The notes under the pieces were generated by a model, which was given only the letters and a program-made list of their open reading frames with translations, was not told where the DNA came from and did no database searches. Position numbers and translations under genes: made by a program. Below, in pieces: positions 17,343-26,222 of a stretch of DNA of 56,466 nucleotides. Position 1 is the stretch's first letter; each line of letters begins with the position of its first letter. The stretch comes from an uncultured Saprospiraceae bacterium (GTDB lineage Bacteria; Bacteroidota; Bacteroidia; Bacteroidales; CAYLPA01). The stretch is from contig CAYLPA010000001.1 of assembly GCA_964385385.1 (NCBI GenBank), positions 1 through 56,466 on the forward strand, written 5' to 3'.

Positions 17343-17922
17343 AAGAATCGAATCTAAATTGTACGGATTTTATCTCCTGAGACGTACATTAAAAAAGAAT
17401 ATTTTTGACTCATCAACAGAGCAATTGAAAAATGAATTTCTTGAGGAAGATGGAAAAGATATAAGGTTTTTGTCATGGTCATGCAATCTTTATAATCTTT
17501 ATAAATATGAGTATCTGAAAATATTAATTACGAATAAATATCTTACAAAAAAGGAATGGGATTTTGAAACTCCTGTTGAAACTCCAGCCTTAAATGATGA
17601 TTACATAATTATAGATGAGTATGGTTGCTATTTATTAGATATCTTAAGCGTTATTAAAAACTTACAAGTCCCTTATTCTAAAGGTAAAGTTAATAGAGTT
17701 TATGCTAGACCAAAATTGTACCATTCTCCTAACCTTTCTAATTTTTGGCATTTTGAAATTAGGTGGATAGATTATGATAATAATTTGATTAGCAAAAATC
17801 CATCAAAATGGAAAAACACCCTTGTTGCTTCTATTCGTTCTTTTATTCGTAACTATTGTAAACCGATTGATGAAATAAACAATTCTGATATTCCAAAATT
17901 AGATATTTCTGAATACTCGTAA
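17302..17922 (+). CDS. Hypothetical protein (about 206 aa), third gene of the three-gene module
   Basis: First ATG in the ORF 17284..17922 (the track start is TTG). It overlaps the upstream gene by 41 nt. No family recognised. Confidence 0.6.
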   Translation: MEYPKELLPKVGYKRIESKLYGFYLLRRTLKKNIFDSSTEQLKNEFLEEDGKDIRFLSWSCNLYNLYKYEYLKILITNKYLTKKEWDFETPVETPALNDDYIIIDEYGCYLLDILSVIKNLQVPYSKGKVNRVYARPKLYHSPNLSNFWHFEIRWIDYDNNLISKNPSKWKNTLVASIRSFIRNYCKPIDEINNSDIPKLDISEYS

Positions 17923-18221
17923 AGTTATGTTTAAATAAGCTTAATTAGTTATATTTAATTCTTTAATGCTATATAATTAATTCCCATCTTAAAATATCAA
18001 AAACAAATATTCTAAATCCGTGGCAATATTATTCTTAATTTTGCATTATAAATAGCGCAACTAAGAAAACTCAATATTTTTTTGTGGCTTTTTTAGAAAG
18101 CTTCAAGAACGAGACTTGCGTAAAATTTAAATTCAGGAGTTCGTACGGATGATTGGTTTTAAATATGAGTGTAACGATTTATTGATGTTTTCTTAAAGCC
18201 ACTAATTAAATTTTAAACTCA

Positions 18222-19133
18222 ATGTCAATAGAAGTAAAAAATATTACAAAGCTTTATGGAGAGCAAAAAGCTCTCGACAGCGTTTCCTTTGAAATTAAAA
18301 GCGGAGAAGTTGTTGGTTTGTTAGGACCAAACGGAGCCGGAAAATCTACGATGATGAAAATAATCACCTGCTTTTTGCCACCAACTTCCGGTGATGTAAA
18401 AGTCAGTGGATTCGACATCTATGAGCAATCTATGGAAATAAGAAAAAGAGTAGGATATTTACCTGAGAACAATCCCCTTTACATTGACATGTATGTGAAA
18501 GAATATCTTGAATTTATAGCAGGTGTCCATAAACTCGGCAAATCGAAAAAGAAACGCATAGAGGAAATAATTGAAATAACAGGACTTGAAATAGAGATGA
18601 GCAAAAAAATCGGTGCTCTTTCAAGAGGCTACAGGCAGCGTATCGGGCTTGCTCAAGCACTAATTCATGAGCCGGAAGTTCTGATAATGGATGAGCCAAC
18701 TTCGGGGCTTGATCCAAATCAATTAGTTGAAATCCGAAATCTGATAAAAAAAATTGGAAAAGAAAAAACCGTCTTGCTTTCAACTCACATTATGCAGGAA
18801 GTTGAAGCAGTTTGCGACAGAGCAATTATTATTGACAGGGGTAAAATCGTTGCTGACGATTCAACTGAAAACCTTCATCAGATTTCATCAGGGAAAGATT
18901 TTGTTATTGTTGAATTCAACAAGGAAATTTCGAAATCGCTTATTGAAGGAATTGAAGGTGTGAAATCTGTTAAAAATATTAAAGAGAATAAATGGCAGAT
19001 TGAAGCTTCAAGCAAGAAAGATGTAAGAGAAGAAATCTTTCAATTTGCTGTTCAGAAAAAACTTTCTGTTCTATCAATGAATAAAGAAGAACAAAGCCTG
19101 GAGAAGGTTTTTCAATCTTTAACAAAAAAATAA
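18222..19133 (+). CDS. gldA: Gliding-motility-associated ABC transporter ATP-binding protein GldA-like
   Basis: [37 protein letters not shown]...., YLPE.NPLY.DMYV.EYL, LSRGYRQR signature, about 300 aa. Confidence 0.8.
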   Translation: MSIEVKNITKLYGEQKALDSVSFEIKSGEVVGLLGPNGAGKSTMMKIITCFLPPTSGDVKVSGFDIYEQSMEIRKRVGYLPENNPLYIDMYVKEYLEFIAGVHKLGKSKKKRIEEIIEITGLEIEMSKKIGALSRGYRQRIGLAQALIHEPEVLIMDEPTSGLDPNQLVEIRNLIKKIGKEKTVLLSTHIMQEVEAVCDRAIIIDRGKIVADDSTENLHQISSGKDFVIVEFNKEISKSLIEGIEGVKSVKNIKENKWQIEASSKKDVREEIFQFAVQKKLSVLSMNKEEQSLEKVFQSLTKK

Positions 19134-19137
19134 AGTA

Positions 19138-19335
19138 GCCACAGATTCACAGATTAAAAAAAAATTATAAATAGAATTTCATCAGATTGTCTTACAAATA
19201 ATAAAAAAATATTTTTTATTATTTGTAATTCAGAGATAATTCCAAATTATTTTACTTAACTAATAAACTTTTGCATAAAATATCTTGATTTATCAAATTA
19301 GAACAATTTCATATAAAATTCTGTGAATCTGTGGC
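19138..19335. repeat. 198-bp inverted-repeat element downstream of gldA (16-bp terminal IRs plus an inner 17-bp AT palindrome)
   Basis: gccacagattcacaga (19138-19153) pairs with tctgtgaatctgtggc (19320-19335) and is followed by a T7 run. The inner palindrome spans 19192-19228. Confidence 0.6.
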
Positions 19336-19425
19336 TTTTTTTATTTAGGACTAATTAGTTACATAGTATTTGATAATCTGAGAACCTGTTGCAAATCTAT
19401 TTCTACAAAAAAATAATTGTTTAGA

Positions 19426-19458
19426 TTTGTTTTAAATAAAAATAATTTCCTACTTTTG
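19426..19458 (+). promoter_or_regulatory. Candidate metK promoter (TTTG-N21-TACTTTTG)
   Basis: Matches the Bacteroidota -33 TTTG / -7 TAnnTTTG consensus and leaves a leader of about 250 nt before the ATG at 19714. Confidence 0.5.
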
Positions 19459-19464
19459 TCTTTT

Positions 19465-19713
19465 GTTAGTGGAAAGATTTGATTGATTGCAACCACGGAA
19501 AAAAATGCTAAAACAATTTGTTTTCCAACCTATCAATCAAATCCCGCAAACATTTTAACGTAAAATAAGTTCTTGAAGCTTTTTATCTTTAGACATCTGC
19601 CTACGCAAAATTTTGCTTCTGCAGACAGGCTCTAAGTACTTTAGGCACTCTAGACACTTAAAATACTTTAGGCACTTATTTTACAATTTATTAATAAACA
19701 AAAAATCAAAAAT
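19465..19713 (+). promoter_or_regulatory. Long structured 5' leader of metK (riboswitch/attenuator candidate, class unassigned)
   Basis: 12-bp stem gatttgattgat (19476-19487) / atcaatcaaatc (19532-19543) encloses mutually exclusive inner helices. Palindrome gcaaaattttgc at 19605-19616. 13-bp direct repeat tactttaggcact at 19637 and 19664. Confidence 0.4.
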
Positions 19714-21015
19714 ATGGGATATTTATTTACATCAGAATCAGTTTCTGAAGGACATCCTGATAAAGTAGCAGATCAAATATCAGATGCATTATTAGACAAA
19801 TTTTTAGCAAACGACCCCGAATCAAAAGTGGCTTGTGAAACACTCGTAACAACCGGACTTACGGTACTTAGCGGGGAAGTAAAGACAGATCATTATATTG
19901 ATGTTCAGGACATAGCTCGTGATGTGATAGCAAGAATTGGATATACGAAAGCAGAATATCAATTTGATGCAAAATCATGTGGAGTTATTTCAGCAATTCA
20001 CGAACAATCAGGAGATATTAATCAAGGAGTTGTTAGAGCAAAAGATGAAGATCAGGGAGCAGGTGACCAAGGGATGATGTTTGGTTATGCTTGTCGCGAA
20101 ATGGACAATTATATGCCAATTCCAATTGAGCTTGCACATATTTTCTTGCAGGAACTTGCAGACATTCGCCGAGAAGGCAAAAAAATGAAATATTTAAGAC
20201 CGGATTCAAAGTCTCAAATTACGGTTGAATACAGTGATAACAATAAACCTTTGAGAATTGATGCAATTGTTATTTCTACTCAACATGATGATTTTGATGA
20301 AGAAGAAAAAATGCTTGCCAAAATCAGAGAAGATGTTCAGAACATTTTAATTCCAAGGGTTAAAAAACAAATTCCGAGAAAGTATAAAAAACTATTTCAG
20401 GGAGATTTTACTCTTCATGTAAATCCAACTGGTAAGTTTGTTATTGGCGGACCTCATGGCGATACAGGATTAACAGGTCGTAAAATAATTGTTGACACTT
20501 ATGGTGGAAAAGGTGCTCACGGTGGTGGTGCTTTTTCAGGAAAAGATTCTTCAAAAGTTGACCGTTCTGCAGCTTATGCAACTCGACATATTGCAAAAAA
20601 TCTTGTTGCTGCAGGAGTAGCTGACGAAGTATTGGTTCAAGTAGCTTACGCAATTGGAGTTGCCCAGCCAGTCGGCTTATACATTAATACTCACAAAACC
20701 GGAAAAGTAAGAAATGCTGAAGGCAAAAAACTTACTGATGGTGAAATTTCAAAAAAAGTAAATAAAATTTTCGATATGCGTCCTTTTGCAATTATCAAAA
20801 GATTTGGTTTGAAAAATCCTATTTTTGAAAGAACTGCTTCTTATGGTCATTTTGGAAGAGATTATTATACTGAAGAAGTTGAAGTTTTCTATGATGGAAA
20901 AGATGTAACTACCAAAAAAATTGATGGCGTTGAACGTAAATTCAAAAACGTTGAATTTTTTGCATGGGAAAAACTTGATTATGTAGAAAAAATTCAAAAG
21001 GCTTTTGGGCTATAG
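19714..21015 (+). CDS. metK: S-adenosylmethionine synthetase
   Basis: [46 protein letters not shown] motifs, 433 aa. Confidence 0.95.
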   Translation: MGYLFTSESVSEGHPDKVADQISDALLDKFLANDPESKVACETLVTTGLTVLSGEVKTDHYIDVQDIARDVIARIGYTKAEYQFDAKSCGVISAIHEQSGDINQGVVRAKDEDQGAGDQGMMFGYACREMDNYMPIPIELAHIFLQELADIRREGKKMKYLRPDSKSQITVEYSDNNKPLRIDAIVISTQHDDFDEEEKMLAKIREDVQNILIPRVKKQIPRKYKKLFQGDFTLHVNPTGKFVIGGPHGDTGLTGRKIIVDTYGGKGAHGGGAFSGKDSSKVDRSAAYATRHIAKNLVAAGVADEVLVQVAYAIGVAQPVGLYINTHKTGKVRNAEGKKLTDGEISKKVNKIFDMRPFAIIKRFGLKNPIFERTASYGHFGRDYYTEEVEVFYDGKDVTTKKIDGVERKFKNVEFFAWEKLDYVEKIQKAFGL

Positions 21016-21047
21016 AATCGAAAGCACAAAATATTAATGGATATTGG

Positions 21048-21077
21048 AACCTCTCATGAAATTGGGAGGTTTTTTTT
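21048..21077 (+). terminator. Intrinsic terminator after metK
   Basis: aacctctc / gggaggtt 8-bp stem (one G.U pair), 8-nt loop, followed by a T8 run. Confidence 0.75.
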
Positions 21078-21311
21078 ATTCATTTTGACAAAATTAATTT
21101 AACTGTTAAAATTCAAAACAATTGAAGAAAAAAATTATTGATTGAAAAATTTCAATATTAATTGAATTTTTGTAATTTTATAGAAAAATTATATGATTCA
21201 TTAATATGATTTTATTTCAAAAAAGTGCTGTATGGGTTATTAATTATATAATTTAGTTTTAGTAAATATCTGAATTTAAAATAACAAGTAAAAACAATTT
21301 TAATATTAATT

Positions 21312-22514
21312 ATGGAGACATTTAAATTAAAAGCTGAAGATCCACTATTAAATGATAATTACGACAACTCATTATATAATCAATCAGGTTTCATTTTAAA
21401 TCTTCAAACACTAATTTCTGATACAGTTGAACCTCCATATTCTATTTCTTTGAATGGGGATTGGGGCTCAGGTAAAACTACTGTATTAAAAAGTTTAGAA
21501 GAGGATTTGATAAAAGATAAGTTTGAAGTATTATGGTTTAATCCTTGGGAATATGAAAGGTCAAATGATGTTGTTCTTGTTTTCTTACAGCAATTATCAA
21601 ATCTTGCAAAAGGCGATTATTCTGATGTATTAACAGAGCTTTCAATTATTGGGAAAACCATATTAGCTGGAGCAGTTGATACAGTTGCAAGGTTTTTTAC
21701 AAATGGTAATCTTTCTGTAGAAAATATTCAAAAAATTCATGAATTAGTTGAAAGAGATTCACAAAGTAAGTATGATACCTATTCGAGCTTTGTAGATGAA
21801 ATAAAATCAGACTTTAAAAAGTTAACTAATAAAATCTCAGAGAAAAAACAAGACAAGCCATTAATCATCATTCTTGATGACCTTGATCGCTGTTTACCTG
21901 AAAATGCATTAGAATTAATAGAAGCTTTAAAGAATATTTTTATTGTTAAGGATGCGAAAGCAATTTTTATTGCTGGAATAGACACAAATATTGCAAAAAT
22001 GTTTATTCAGTCAAAGTATAAGGGATTACCTGATGAGTTTGCGTATAATTATTTTAAAAAGATTTTCAATTCTACTATTAATCTGCCAAATTTTGATAAG
22101 ATTCAAATTCATAATTTCATTGATAGTTATTTAAAAAAATGGAGTACAAATTTAATTAACTCAGATGAAAAAGAATTTATAGCAGGTTGTTTAATTTATG
22201 CAGAAGTCAAAAGTATAAGATCAGTTCAAAACATATTTGCTAATTTTTATTTATATAAGAAACTAAATAAAAATTCAAGTTTGAATAATAATCAAGTAAT
22301 GATTCTTAATGTTTTCAAGGAAATATGGCCATCAGAATACGAAAGATTATTAATGCAATGCAGGAAAAATCCTAGTGTTAGTATTAGTAATATTCTTAGT
22401 CGCGAAATTGATCCAATTGATCGAAAAAATGATGATAAGCTATCATATAAATTTAATCAAACATATTCACATAAGTATTTTCGGGAAACAGAAGGTAGTC
22501 AACTGATATATTAG
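21312..22514 (+). CDS. KAP-family P-loop NTPase
   Basis: LNGDWGSGKTT (Walker A) and PLIIILDDLDRCLPENALELIEALKNIF (KAP Walker B region), 400 aa. Confidence 0.85.
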   Translation: METFKLKAEDPLLNDNYDNSLYNQSGFILNLQTLISDTVEPPYSISLNGDWGSGKTTVLKSLEEDLIKDKFEVLWFNPWEYERSNDVVLVFLQQLSNLAKGDYSDVLTELSIIGKTILAGAVDTVARFFTNGNLSVENIQKIHELVERDSQSKYDTYSSFVDEIKSDFKKLTNKISEKKQDKPLIIILDDLDRCLPENALELIEALKNIFIVKDAKAIFIAGIDTNIAKMFIQSKYKGLPDEFAYNYFKKIFNSTINLPNFDKIQIHNFIDSYLKKWSTNLINSDEKEFIAGCLIYAEVKSIRSVQNIFANFYLYKKLNKNSSLNNNQVMILNVFKEIWPSEYERLLMQCRKNPSVSISNILSREIDPIDRKNDDKLSYKFNQTYSHKYFRETEGSQLIY

Positions 22515-22596
22515 TATAAATTATAATTGAAAATTCAAAAGTTGTTTGGGTTGTAAAATGTAAGACAAAATATTATTTTGAAAAATAAATTTTTGT

Positions 22597-23817
22597 TTAA
22601 GTCAAAAACAAACAACTATCACCATAACTTAAAAACCTAAAATTGTTCTTCAAACAATAATCATAAACATCTTTCCATGAATCACCAATTAATGCGGCTA
22701 CTAATAGTAATAAGGTACTTTTTGGCATATGGAAATTTGTAAGCAGTCCTTTGGCAATTCTAAACTTATAACCCGGAACAATTATTAATTGTGTTGTTCC
22801 TGTTAATAGCTCCAAATTATTATGATTCATATATTTTAATATAATTTCTAAAGAATCCGATGCTGAAATTTCAAAACCATTATTGTTTTCATAAGTTTTC
22901 CATTGTTTTATTTCAAAAATCGAATTAAAACCTTTTGTGATTAAATCAACACCAAACCAGTAAATACTTTCAAGAGTTCTCATGCTTGTGGTTCCAACAG
23001 GAATAATATTTCCATGAAGATTTTTCAATAAATTCATAATATTATCCTTGCTGAAGGCAATATGTTCGGTGTGCATTTGGTGTTCCTGAATTGTTGGAGT
23101 GCTGACAGGTTTAAATGTACCGGCACTAACATGGAGAGTAATAAAATCAGTTTTAATACTTTTCTTTTCAAGGCTTTTAAAAACATTTTCTGTAAAGTGC
23201 AATCCTGCTGTTGGAGCTGCAACCGAGCCATTGTTTTTTGCAAAAACTGTTTGATATCTTTCTTTATCCGAATCAATAGCCTGTCTTTTCAAATAGGGAG
23301 GCAAAGGAACGACTCCCAATAAATCAAGAATTTCCGCAAAAGTTAAATCTTCGGGTTGCCAGAAAAATTCTATCAAGAAAGCATTTTCTAAAACTTCCTT
23401 CTTTTTAGCTTTCAACTTAAGAAATTTTCCATCATGCTCAAAGTTTATAGAAAGCTCATCGGATTTCCATTTTTTAAGATTGCCAATCATACATTTCCAA
23501 ACAACAGATTTTTTTTGCTGGAAAGCTAATTGAATTTCTGTAGGAAAAAACGGTTCAATGCAAAATATTTCAATTTTTGAGCCTGTTTTTTTATAAAAAT
23601 TTAATCTTGCCTGAACCACTTTAGTTTCGTTGAAAACTAACAAACTTTCTTCAGGTAAATAATCTGTAATATTTTGAAAAACACTTTCCGAAATTTGATT
23701 ATTTCTAAAAATTACAAGCTTTGATTTGTCTCTTTGAGCAAGAGGAAACTTTGCAATTTTTTCTTCCGGCAAATTATAATCGTAGCCTGAAATTGAAATA
23801 TTTTGTAAGACACTCAT
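22597..23817 (-). CDS. queA: S-adenosylmethionine:tRNA ribosyltransferase-isomerase
   Basis: YDYNLPEEKIA..P...RD.SKL, LPPYLKR, YQTVFA...GSVAAPTAGLHF, VGTTS.RTLES, TNFH.P.STLL.LV, FRFLSYGDSCLF. Confidence 0.9.
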   Translation of the reverse strand: MSVLQNISISGYDYNLPEEKIAKFPLAQRDKSKLVIFRNNQISESVFQNITDYLPEESLLVFNETKVVQARLNFYKKTGSKIEIFCIEPFFPTEIQLAFQQKKSVVWKCMIGNLKKWKSDELSINFEHDGKFLKLKAKKKEVLENAFLIEFFWQPEDLTFAEILDLLGVVPLPPYLKRQAIDSDKERYQTVFAKNNGSVAAPTAGLHFTENVFKSLEKKSIKTDFITLHVSAGTFKPVSTPTIQEHQMHTEHIAFSKDNIMNLLKNLHGNIIPVGTTSMRTLESIYWFGVDLITKGFNSIFEIKQWKTYENNNGFEISASDSLEIILKYMNHNNLELLTGTTQLIIVPGYKFRIAKGLLTNFHMPKSTLLLLVAALIGDSWKDVYDYCLKNNFRFLSYGDSCLFLT

Positions 23818-23941
23818 TACCTAATTGTTAATCTAATTGAATTAGCTTTGAAAATTTTAAATTTTTTAACAAAAATAAATTAATAAAATCATTTTTAAAT
23901 TATTATTATTTTTATTAGCTTTGTAGCATATCTTAAAAAAG

Positions 23942-24145
23942 ATGGAAGAAATAACTAAAGATACGACATTTAAAGAAATTGTTGAAATATATCCAACTAC
24001 AATTAAGTTTTTGCAAAAACAAGGATTTGAATGTATTGTTCAGGGTGATCCAATTTGGGGAACAATTGAAGAAGCTGCCAAAGTTAAAGATTGGAGAGAT
24101 GAAGAAGTTGACCAACTCGTTATTGAATTGAATAATTTACTATAG
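23942..24145 (+). CDS. DUF1858-domain small protein
   Basis: 67 aa. T.KEIVEIYP.TIKFLQKQGF.C pattern typical of DUF1858. Confidence 0.6.
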   Translation: MEEITKDTTFKEIVEIYPTTIKFLQKQGFECIVQGDPIWGTIEEAAKVKDWRDEEVDQLVIELNNLL

Positions 24146-24150
24146 TATAA

Positions 24151-24849
24151 ATGACTTTTAAAAAACACTTCCCCAATTTTATCACAATACTAAATCTTCT
24201 TTGTGGATGTCTCGCTATTGTTGCTTCATTTAGCAACAACTTAGTTGTAGCTTCTTATTTTATTGGGCTTGCTGCAATTTTTGATTTCTTAGATGGCATG
24301 TTTGCAAGGCTTTTAAATGTAAAATCAGAAATTGGAAAACAACTTGATTCGCTTGCAGATTTAATATCTTTTGGATTAGCTCCTGGAATAATTGTTTTTA
24401 TTCTTTTAAAAAATTCAAATCTACCGGATTTTCAAATAGGCAACATTAATCCTATACCATTTATTGCATTCTTAATTCCAATATTTTCAGCTCTTCGTTT
24501 GGCTAAATTTAATATTGACCCCGAACAAACCGAATCTTTTATTGGTTTACCAACACCTGCTAATGCAATATTTATTGCATCTTTCCCTTTGATTTTGGAA
24601 TATCAATCAATTGAATTTGTTTCTAATTTAATAGCCAATACTTGGTTTTTGTTTGGATTATCTATTTTGATGTCTGCTTTACTTGTACTTAGAATTCCTT
24701 TGTTTTCGCTGAAATTTAAATCCCTAAAATGGATTGATAATCAGAAAAAATTTATTTTGTTAGCAATTTCAATAATTTTATTAATATTTTTTCAATTTCT
24801 AGCTATCCCTTTAATTATTATTATTTACATATTGCTATCACTTTTTTAA
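24151..24849 (+). CDS. pssA: CDP-diacylglycerol--serine O-phosphatidyltransferase
   Basis: PN.IT..NL.CG, and the CDP-alcohol phosphatidyltransferase motif FDFLDGMFARLLNV.S..G.QLDSLADLISFG.AP. Polytopic membrane protein. Confidence 0.88.
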   Translation: MTFKKHFPNFITILNLLCGCLAIVASFSNNLVVASYFIGLAAIFDFLDGMFARLLNVKSEIGKQLDSLADLISFGLAPGIIVFILLKNSNLPDFQIGNINPIPFIAFLIPIFSALRLAKFNIDPEQTESFIGLPTPANAIFIASFPLILEYQSIEFVSNLIANTWFLFGLSILMSALLVLRIPLFSLKFKSLKWIDNQKKFILLAISIILLIFFQFLAIPLIIIIYILLSLF

Positions 24850-24965
24850 ATTCTAATTCAATAAAATCCAAATCATTACTCCTAAAACTAATTCTTTAGT
24901 AATAATATTAATAGGTAAATTACCTACAAAAAAAAGGTAATCTGCTGTTCCTTTTCAATACAATT

Positions 24966-25385
24966 ATGTTTTATCTTTATATATTGAATTTATCCATAAT
25001 AAAATCAATTATGTTTTTAGAGTATAATCAAAATACAAGAGAGCACCTAAACTTAACAATAACAGGCAAATTAGAAGATTTTGATTTTTTTTATTATATC
25101 GTTTTGTATGCAAACACTTTTGATGTTGTAGGATACGTTAAACAAAAAGACGAGCAAACAATTTATATTGAAACTGAAGGAACTAAAAGAAATTTAGAGA
25201 AATTTATTGACATATTTCGAGAAGGCACCTTGGCATCATTTACTGAATATATAAAAATTGAAAAAGGACTTCTTGGAGATTATTATAAATTTAAAGTAAT
25301 CAAAGATAAAATCAAAACAAAGAAATATATCGACTTTCCGGCTCTAAGTAGATTTTCCTTGTCTTTCCGGAATTTTTTGCATTAA
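24966..25385 (+). CDS. Hypothetical protein with an acylphosphatase-like core
   Basis: LTITGK...........A....V.GYVKQ....IYIETEG....L.KFI..... resembles an acylphosphatase-like fold. The start is uncertain (alternative ATG at 25011). Confidence 0.4.
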   Translation: MFYLYILNLSIIKSIMFLEYNQNTREHLNLTITGKLEDFDFFYYIVLYANTFDVVGYVKQKDEQTIYIETEGTKRNLEKFIDIFREGTLASFTEYIKIEKGLLGDYYKFKVIKDKIKTKKYIDFPALSRFSLSFRNFLH

Positions 25386-25401
25386 CACCTAAATCAAAGT
25401 G

Positions 25402-25431
25402 AAAAGCATTGCGAAAGCAATGCTTTTTTTT
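25402..25431. terminator. Bidirectional intrinsic terminator between convergent genes
   Basis: aaaagcattgc-GAAA-gcaatgctttt gives an 11-bp stem with a GAAA loop, flanked by A and T runs. It abuts the lptB stop. Confidence 0.8.
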
Positions 25432-26155
25432 ATTTTCTTAATTCGAATTTCTTTCCAAGATAAACTCGTCTCACTTGCTCGTCTTCAGCAAGTTCTTCTG
25501 ATGTTCCTGATTTCAACAATGCCCCTTCAAACAAAAGATAAGCTCTGTCGGTGATTGATAAAGTTTCATGAACATTATGGTCAGTTATTAAAATTCCAAT
25601 ATTTTTTTCTTTCAATTTAGCAACTATTAACTGAATATCTTCAACAGCAATAGGGTCAATTCCTGCAAAGGGTTCATCCAATAAAATAAACTTTGGGTCA
25701 ACAGCTAAGGCTCGTGCAATTTCAGTTCTTCTTCTTTCTCCTCCTGATAAAGTATTACCTACACTTTTTCTTATTTGATTTAATCCAAACTCATCGAGCA
25801 ATGATTCAAGTCTTTGTTTCTGTTCAGTTTTACTAAATTTAGAAAATTGTAAAACAGCTTTAATATTATCTTCAACGTTTAAACTTCGAAAAATAGAAGC
25901 TTCCTGAGAAAGATAACCAATACCTTTTTTAGACCTTTTATACATTGGTTCTTCAGTAATATCAATATTATCTAAAAGTATTTTACCATAATTAGCTTTT
26001 ATCAAACCAACTATCATATAAAAAGTTGTTGTTTTTCCTGCTCCGTTAGGACCTAAAAGACCAACAATTTCACCTTGTTTAACTTCAACAGTAACATTGT
26101 CAACTACAGTACGAAGCCTATATTTTTTCACTAAATTTTCCGCTCTCAATATCAT
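25430..26155 (-). CDS. lptB: LPS export ABC transporter ATP-binding protein
   Basis: L.AENL.K.Y..R.VV..V...[38 protein letters not shown], 241 aa. Confidence 0.9.
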   Translation of the reverse strand: MILRAENLVKKYRLRTVVDNVTVEVKQGEIVGLLGPNGAGKTTTFYMIVGLIKANYGKILLDNIDITEEPMYKRSKKGIGYLSQEASIFRSLNVEDNIKAVLQFSKFSKTEQKQRLESLLDEFGLNQIRKSVGNTLSGGERRRTEIARALAVDPKFILLDEPFAGIDPIAVEDIQLIVAKLKEKNIGILITDHNVHETLSITDRAYLLFEGALLKSGTSEELAEDEQVRRVYLGKKFELRK

Positions 26156-26222
26156 TCTACAAAATATTTAAATATTGCATTCTTAAAAAGAACATGTAAA
26201 AATATAAATTATTGTTTACTTC

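Noticed and set aside
18514-18963. ORFs 18514..18783 (-) and 18754..18963 (+) within gldA
   Set aside because: They are embedded in, or out of frame with, the well-supported ABC ATPase ORF.
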